From positions 1 through 33,297 of the forward strand of contig VGXJ01000001.1 in the NCBI GenBank assembly GCA_016873375.1: 33,297 nucleotides of DNA, read 5' to 3'. The stretch comes from Phycisphaerae bacterium. Its GTDB lineage: Bacteria; Planctomycetota; Phycisphaerae; Phycisphaerales; SM1A02. Below, in pieces: positions 26,184 through 32,700 of this stretch. Position numbers and translations under genes: made by a program. Position 1 is the stretch's first letter. Each line of letters starts with the position of its first letter. Under the pieces are notes generated by a model that saw only the letters and a list, made by a program, of their open reading frames with translations, searched no databases and was not told where the DNA came from.

Positions 26184-26197
26184 TTTTCCGGAAAATT
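26184..26197. promoter_or_regulatory. Copy 2 of shared motif: perfect 12-nt palindrome TTTTCCGGAAAA (+TT), upstream of the triple-PA14 gene
   Basis: Starts 4 nt after the TAG at 26178-26180. Its centre is about 77 nt upstream of ATG 26267. TTGCAA follows at 26202-26207. It lies within the AT-richest stretch of this part of the window. Confidence 0.35.
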
Positions 26198-26266
26198 CTG
26201 CTTGCAAAGGACAGCCGTGGCTCCACACTCCACCATTCAGTTCCCATGGATCTCCAGGGTCACGCC

Positions 26267-28351
26267 ATGAACCGCACCACCATATCGATCCTCTCCCTTG
26301 CGCTTCTCTTCGGCGCACCCGTGCTGGCACAGGACTGCAACCTCGATGGATTGCCTGACTCGCAGCAGGTCAATGTGCAGGGATTGACCGCGCAGTACTT
26401 CGCCAACAGGACATGGAGCGGTCCTCCGGCGGCTGTGCGTGTCGACCTGGGCGGTGCGGGCAGTTTCGAGCTCTCCAACTGGTCGCTTCCAGCCGGGGTG
26501 CCGAGCGACGAATTCAGCGTGCGCTGGATGGGGGGCCTGCAGTTCAACCAGACTGCGGCTTTCCAGTTCCGCATCAGCGCTGACGACGCGTACCGCCTCT
26601 ATCTCGATGGCGTTCTCCTGGGCAGTTCCAACGGCGTGGTCGGCAACCAGATCGTGCCCCAAACGCCCATCACTGTGACGGCGGGGATCCATCACTTCCG
26701 CATCGAGTTTCGTGAGGACTACGGCGAAGCCAAGATCAAGGTCGAGCGCAAGATCTCCACGGCGACCACCTGGAGCGTGATCGCGAACACGAATTTCAAG
26801 GCTGGGGTGGATGCGAATGCCAACAACGTCCTCGATCTGTGCGATTCAGGCGACTGCAACAGCAACTTCCTGCCCGATGCCATCGACATCGCTCAAGATC
26901 CCTCGCTTGACTGCAACTCCAACGCGATCCTCGACACCTGCGAGACGACCGCAAACGATTGCGACCAGAATGGCGTCCCCGACACCTGTGAGGCCTCGGC
27001 ATTGGGTCTTGTTGGGTACTACTTCGGCACCAACAACTTCACCGGACCGGTCATTGCGAAGCGCTTGGACGGCAGTGGACCACTGGGTATCGACTTCAAC
27101 GTGACCGATGGGAACAACAATGCGTGGATTCCTTCGAATGTGCCCACAGATAACTTCTCCGTGCGCTGGGGTGGGGCCCTGGTCGTGGAGACGAGCGGTT
27201 ACTACGACTTCCAGATGCAGTCGGATGACCTCGGAAGCCTGTTCATCGACGGGGTGCTCCTCTTCAGTTCCAACACCGGAACGGAGGAACGCGGGCCCTT
27301 CTATCTCGAGGCCGGTCGGCGGCTGATGTCGCTGACGCTTCGTGAGTTCGGTGGTGACCAGCGCATGCGACTCCGTTGGCGCCAAAGCGGAACGGCAGAT
27401 TGGTTCCCGCTGCCGGGAACGATGTATCGCCCCTCCTACGACGGTAACGGCGACGGCGTCGCCGATGTCTGCCAGTCTGGCGACTGCAACGCCGACGGCA
27501 CTCCCGATGGATTCGAGTTGGCCAACGGCCTGGCGACCGATTGCGATGCAGACAACCTGCTCGACTCCTGTGAAGTGGCGTCAGGCGCCACAGACTGCAA
27601 CGCCAACGGCATCCCTGACTCCTGCGAGTCGACATCGACTGGACTGTTCGGGCGCTACTTCGCGCGTCTTGGTTCAAGCAACCCTGCAGATCCGTACCGA
27701 CCGGGCCAGAGGCTGGCGGTCCGCCGGGATGCGCGTGTGGCCTTCGCGGATGGGGCGTGGCTGCCCCAGGGGATACCCACCGACAACATCATCGTGATCT
27801 GGACCGGCTCCATCACCACCGGTCCAGAGTCCGGGCTGTGGACCTTCCGGACCGACTCCGATGACGGAGCGCGATTGACCATCGATGGGGCCACCGTCAT
27901 CGATGGATGGCTCGGCAATGCAGGAGTCCGAACTGGCTCGATCACGCTGCAGGGCAACACGACCTACGACTTCAAGCTTGAACTCCACGAGGGCAACGGC
28001 GGGCAGCAGTGCTTCCTCGACTGGTCGCCCCCGTCCTCGGGTGGTTCTGCGTTCAGCATCGTCCCAACCACGGCATTCCGCATGGCCACGCCCGATTGCA
28101 ACAGCAACAACATCCCTGATGATTGCGACATCGCCTCAGGTACGCTGCCCGATCCCGGGTTCGGCATCCCCGATCCCTGCGCATCGAGTGCATGCCCGGC
28201 GGATCTCGACCTCGATGGACTGATCGGTGGCGGTGATCTCGGCATCCTGATTGCCAATTGGGGGACAAGCGGTGGCGACATCGATGGTGACGGCACATCC
28301 AACGGGCAGGATCTCGGTGTCATGCTGTCTGCATGGGGGCCTTGCCCCTGA
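26267..28351 (+). CDS. Secreted protein with three PA14 domains, Cys-framed TSP3-like repeats and a C-terminal dockerin-like module
   Basis: ATG 26267 gives a signal peptide MNRTTISILSLALLFGAPVLAQ. PA14-like units start at GLTAQYFANRTW (26381), GLVGYYFGTNNF (27005) and GLFGRYFARLG (27641). Each unit has the FSVRW.G / DD..rL.iDG pattern (DEFSVRWMGG..ADDAYRLYLDG; DNFSVRWGGA..SDDLGSLFIDG; IIVIWTGS..SDDGARLTIDG). The units are separated by C[DN]xNGxPDxC-type repeats (26840-26992, 27470-27628). The C-terminus is CPADLDLDGLIGGGDLGILIANWGTSGGDIDGDGTSNGQDLGVMLSAWGPCP (28193-28348). Confidence 0.85.
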   Translation: MNRTTISILSLALLFGAPVLAQDCNLDGLPDSQQVNVQGLTAQYFANRTWSGPPAAVRVDLGGAGSFELSNWSLPAGVPSDEFSVRWMGGLQFNQTAAFQFRISADDAYRLYLDGVLLGSSNGVVGNQIVPQTPITVTAGIHHFRIEFREDYGEAKIKVERKISTATTWSVIANTNFKAGVDANANNVLDLCDSGDCNSNFLPDAIDIAQDPSLDCNSNAILDTCETTANDCDQNGVPDTCEASALGLVGYYFGTNNFTGPVIAKRLDGSGPLGIDFNVTDGNNNAWIPSNVPTDNFSVRWGGALVVETSGYYDFQMQSDDLGSLFIDGVLLFSSNTGTEERGPFYLEAGRRLMSLTLREFGGDQRMRLRWRQSGTADWFPLPGTMYRPSYDGNGDGVADVCQSGDCNADGTPDGFELANGLATDCDADNLLDSCEVASGATDCNANGIPDSCESTSTGLFGRYFARLGSSNPADPYRPGQRLAVRRDARVAFADGAWLPQGIPTDNIIVIWTGSITTGPESGLWTFRTDSDDGARLTIDGATVIDGWLGNAGVRTGSITLQGNTTYDFKLELHEGNGGQQCFLDWSPPSSGGSAFSIVPTTAFRMATPDCNSNNIPDDCDIASGTLPDPGFGIPDPCASSACPADLDLDGLIGGGDLGILIANWGTSGGDIDGDGTSNGQDLGVMLSAWGPCP

Positions 28352-28391
28352 TGGTGCTGCCCGGTTGCATGGACACCGATAGACTCTTTCC

Positions 28392-29609
28392 ATGGGCTCG
28401 TCCCGCGTCACTCCGGCCTCTGTTGGTGCGTCGGATGTCCGCGTCGCCTTGCTCGATCTCAAGGCTTCGACGCAGGATGTGCTCGCGGCCGTCCCGGGCC
28501 TGACGGGGTTCCGCCCTGTCGACATCGAGGGCGCGCTCGGCATCGACCTCAAGTTGGCGTGGAAGCTCTCGCACCTCGCCCACGCCGGTGACCCCTTTGA
28601 TGCCGTGCGCCACCTCCCCGGCGAACTTGCAGCCAAGATTGCGGCCCAGGCAGCAGCCAAGAAGGGTGTCCCGGCCGCCAAGACCGAGGCCATGATGGCT
28701 GCACTGTTTCGCGTGCAGTCGCTTGGGATCGCCTGGTCGGGGGGCAAGCGTGCCTTCGGCCTGCTGAGCGCGAACATGGCCACCAACGCCGATGGCCGAT
28801 TCGCTGTGGATCGGCGCAAGGAGCTCTTCAGCGGAGGCATGCATGTCTGGGGGATGCGCGCTGCGAACGCCTTCCGCGTCGATGTGCTGCATCCGGCTGC
28901 ACGGGGGAAGATGATCGACTGCCTCACGCTTCGGGGCTTCGCGGATCTGGAGCGGCTTCGCTTTGACGCGGCCTGGCGATTCGATGCCCCGGTGGTGGTC
29001 GATGACCGAGGCCGAGCCAGCCGCCGGGCAAGGCTGGAGCGCCCCGCCGGGACCGCCTCTTCATCGGCTCCTTTCATCATCGATGAACTGTGCAGTGGCG
29101 CGAGCAAGACTCTCAAGCGCGTGGCCGAGGATGGATGCCTGCACCTGATGCCCGGCGAGGTCGGCCGCGCCAGCGCCGGCACACTGGTCCAGGGCGCCGT
29201 GATGCGCCATGTGCAGCCGCAAGGCTTGAGCAGGGATCACTCGGGGCTGTTTCAGGTCTTTCGCGCGCGGACGCCCTGCGTGATGCAGGAGTTCGTGGTC
29301 GGCGTTCATCGCAGCCTCGTGCCCGAGGGCGTGCAGCCGGATGCGGTGGTGTACGGAGATCTTTATGGCGCGCCCGAACGCCGCATGCCGTACCACTTGG
29401 GTGACCGGTTGCACTGTGGCGCCACCGTCCAAGTACTCGCGGCCAGGTCACGATGGCGCATCGAGGGTGTCGTGGGAGTCGAGGGTTGGATCGACCGGCA
29501 GCTTGACGCACTCGGATGGGATCGGGACGACATGCTCTGGTTCCGCGCAGCCGTGGCCTATCCACCAATCCCGAGCACGCTGGTGGTGCAGTTGCCGCAA
29601 GCGGATTGA
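28392..29609 (+). CDS. Hypothetical protein, 405 aa, no signal peptide or TM helix, no recognised domain
   Basis: Long ORF with the strong third-position G/C codon bias of the neighbouring genes. It starts 40 nt after the PA14 gene stop. The sequence (MGSSRVTPASVGASDVRVALLDLKASTQDVL...) matches nothing I recognise. Confidence 0.6.
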   Translation: MGSSRVTPASVGASDVRVALLDLKASTQDVLAAVPGLTGFRPVDIEGALGIDLKLAWKLSHLAHAGDPFDAVRHLPGELAAKIAAQAAAKKGVPAAKTEAMMAALFRVQSLGIAWSGGKRAFGLLSANMATNADGRFAVDRRKELFSGGMHVWGMRAANAFRVDVLHPAARGKMIDCLTLRGFADLERLRFDAAWRFDAPVVVDDRGRASRRARLERPAGTASSSAPFIIDELCSGASKTLKRVAEDGCLHLMPGEVGRASAGTLVQGAVMRHVQPQGLSRDHSGLFQVFRARTPCVMQEFVVGVHRSLVPEGVQPDAVVYGDLYGAPERRMPYHLGDRLHCGATVQVLAARSRWRIEGVVGVEGWIDRQLDALGWDRDDMLWFRAAVAYPPIPSTLVVQLPQAD

Positions 29610-29627
29610 CGGCTGCATCACGCCTCG

Positions 29628-29641
29628 CTTTCTGGAAATTG
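29628..29641. promoter_or_regulatory. Copy 3 of shared motif (CTTTCTGGAAATTG), upstream of the large PA14/LamG gene
   Basis: Core TTTCTGGAA at 29629-29637, in the 96-nt spacer between TGA 29607-29609 and ATG 29706. Its centre is about 72 nt upstream of the ATG. TTGCCC follows immediately (a -35-like TTGC, as in copy 1). Confidence 0.35.
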
Positions 29642-29705
29642 CCCTGCATCCGGCCTGATTGTCGGGCATACTTCAACGGCTTCCTCCCAAGGATCGCAAG
29701 CACCC

Positions 29706-32700
29706 ATGATCATCACGACCCTTCTTGCTGCTCTGACCCTCATCCCTCCGGACTGCAACGGCAATGGCGTGCAGGATTGGCAGGACATCGCCGATGCGAC
29801 CTCTCTCGATGTCGGCAATGACGGCGTGCCGGACGAGTGCCAGGATTGTGCGGATGGCAACAACAACGGCCTGCCCGATGCCGACGAGGTCGGGAACGGT
29901 CTGGTGGGGGAGTACTGGAGCGACCAGTCCAACTCGTCCGGAACCTACAGGCGCCGCGTCCTGAGCCGTATCGATCCGACCGTGAGCTTCGACTGGGGCA
30001 ACGGCTCGCCTGATCCGTCGGTGCCCCAAGACTCCTTTTCAGTGCGCTGGACCGGCACACTCATCGCGCCCACGACCGGGCCATGCACCTTCTTCTCGCG
30101 CAGCGATGATGGCTTCCGGCTGTGGATCGACGGCCTGCCCGTGATCGATGCGTGGGTGGCGCAGTCCGCCTCGGTTTGGTATTCCGGATCCGTCAATCTC
30201 GTCGCCGGGCAGCGCTATGCCTTCCGCGTCGACTATTACGAGGGTGGCGGGGATGCGAGGGCGTTTTTCGAGTGGCGTCCGAGCGGGCTCGACCGCAGCG
30301 TCGTACCCACCAGTGCCCTTTTGGCGATGACCGATGTCGATGCCGACGGCGTGCCTGATACCGCGCGGGATTGCGACGGCGATGGCATCTCGGATGGGGC
30401 CGAACTTGAGGCCGGTACCGCGACGGACTGCAATGACAACTGCCTCGTCGATGACTGTGAACCGGATGTTGCCGAAGTCCTCGGCTACTGGCGTTTCGAG
30501 AATGACGGGCAGTCCGTGCTCGACAGCGGCCCGTACCGTCTGGATGGCCAGGGCGTTTCGCTCTTGGCCGGCAGCGGAGTCCCTCTAGGCATCGTTCCCG
30601 CCACAGCAGCCCGGAATGACCGCAGTACATCCATTTCACCCTCTGGTGGAACGCCCGGCCAGGCCCTGATCCCGGATCCGCAGGGAGTCCTCGCCTCGGG
30701 AGGCGACAGTTTCACCGTGGAAGCCTGGGTCAAGCTTGATGTGCTGGCCTCGGGTGCGGCTGCGGATCAACGCCAGGTGCTTGTGCAGCGCAAGCCGACC
30801 AATCAAGGCGACAAGTTCGCAGACTTCATCTTCTGCGTGCAAGCGGGGGACTATCCCGGCCAGGCCATTCGAAACTTCGGCAATTTCGGCGGCAGCCGTC
30901 ACCTCACCATGCTGTTCGGGAATGGCGGTGCAGCGAGTGCGAGCTTCTGGACGGTGACGAGCGATCTGTCCATCAGCGACAACAACTGGCATTATGTGGC
31001 GGCCATCGTCGATGCCGAACAGAGCAGGGTGACCTTCATCATCGACCAGCGCATCGATGTGGTGACCTACCTCGACCTCGGGCGGGTCGCCGTGGCCGCG
31101 CCGCTGTTGGTTGGTGCCCACACCAATTCGACTGGCCAGTTCAACCAGCACCTTCGGGGCAGCGTGGACGAGCTTCGCATCAGTGCAGGCACGGTGCCCG
31201 TGGCGGCGCTCCTGAATCGAGCGGGTACCAGCGATTGCGATGGAACCGGGCTCCCCGACAGCTGCGACATCGCGCAGGGTGCCATCGACTGCGACGAGAA
31301 TGGCATTCCCGACGATTGCCAGCCTGACTGCGACCGCAACGGCATCGCGGATGTCTGTGACATCGAAAATGGCGCGCCCGATTGCAACGACGACGACATC
31401 CTGGACGCATGCCAGCTGGCAGGCAACGACTGTGACGCCAATGGCGTGCCTGACGACTGCCAAGCCGCGCAGGGTGACTGCGACGACAACGGCAAGCTCG
31501 ATGTCTGTGAGGTTGCGGATGACCCATCCATCGACTGCGACGACAGCGGCACCCCGGACATCTGCCAGATCGAGCAGGAGTTCATCTATGGCATCAGCGA
31601 CACCGGCGCCGAGTTCGGCGTCCGCGCCGACGGCAGCCACATGGCGTGGCTCACCAGTTTCAGGGTGTTGGGCGATGCAAGTTCGATTGATGCGATCGAC
31701 ATCATGTTCGTGTTCCTGCCCGATGACCACCCTGTCAAGGTCTGCCTCTGGTCCGACCCCAACAACGACGGGGATCCAACCGATGCCCAGCTCCTCGCGT
31801 CGGCCAATGGCGTGGCGGGCCCCCTGAGCCAGTTCAGGCGCTTCGAACTCCCCGAGACCGTCATCGGACCGAACGGAACCAACTTCTTCGTGGGGGCGAT
31901 CACCACCACCGCCTCGTCGTACTTCCCGGCTCCGCTGGACAGCAGCGGCAATGCAGTCAACCGTCGTTCCTGGATCGTCGGGAGCAACTCGCCGATCGAC
32001 CCCAATGACTTGAGTGCCAATGCGATCGAGTTCGAACCCATCGAGGAGGCGCTCCCGTTCCCCGGCAAGTGGCTGATCCGTGGCGTGGCCGTTGCCCGAA
32101 ACGGGGATTGCAACGAGAACGAGGTCCTCGATGTGTGCGACATCAGTGCCGGAACGAGCAGCGATGTGGACAACTCCGGGCGCCCCGACGAGTGCGAGGA
32201 TTGCAACGAGAACGACATCCTCGACTCGGTCGACATCGCCGCAGGAACCAGCGACGACTGCCAGGACGACCTTGTGCCTGATGAGTGCCAAGTCACTGGG
32301 TTCGCCGGTGATTGCAATGATGATCTTGTTCCGGACGAGTGCCAACTGGATGGCAATGACTGCAACGGCAACGCCCAGCTCGATTCCTGCGATCTTGCCC
32401 TCGGGACCAGCAGTGATGCGAATGGGTCAGGCATCCCCGATGAGTGCGAGGACTGCAACGGCAACGGCACGCTCGACAGCGCGGACATCGCCACCGGATT
32501 CAGCCTCGACTGCCAGCCCGACGGCGTCCCTGACGAGTGCCAGCTCGGTACGCCTCCCACATCGGTCCAGTACAAGGTCGATGATGGATCCCGTGAGGGC
32601 AACTACGGGGTCTCCGGCCAGTCGGACATGGTTTGGCTGAACGCCTTCACCGTGGAACCCGGCGGTGAGTGGATCGGCAGCATCTCGGTGGTCATCGGCA

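Noticed and set aside
29633-29648. Sigma-54-like -24/-12 element TGGAAA-N5-CTGCA (GG at 29634-29635, GC at 29646-29647, correct GG-N10-GC spacing) upstream of the large PA14/LamG gene.
   Set aside because: It matches only 3/6 and 4/5 consensus positions. The analogous spacers upstream of 26267 (CGGAAAATTCTGCTTGCA) and 28392 (TGGTGCTGCCCGGTTGCA) have GG-N12-GC spacing, which sigma-54 does not tolerate. The copy upstream of 8773 lacks the GG. A shared palindromic operator explains the three sites better. No enhancer-binding-protein gene is present in the window.
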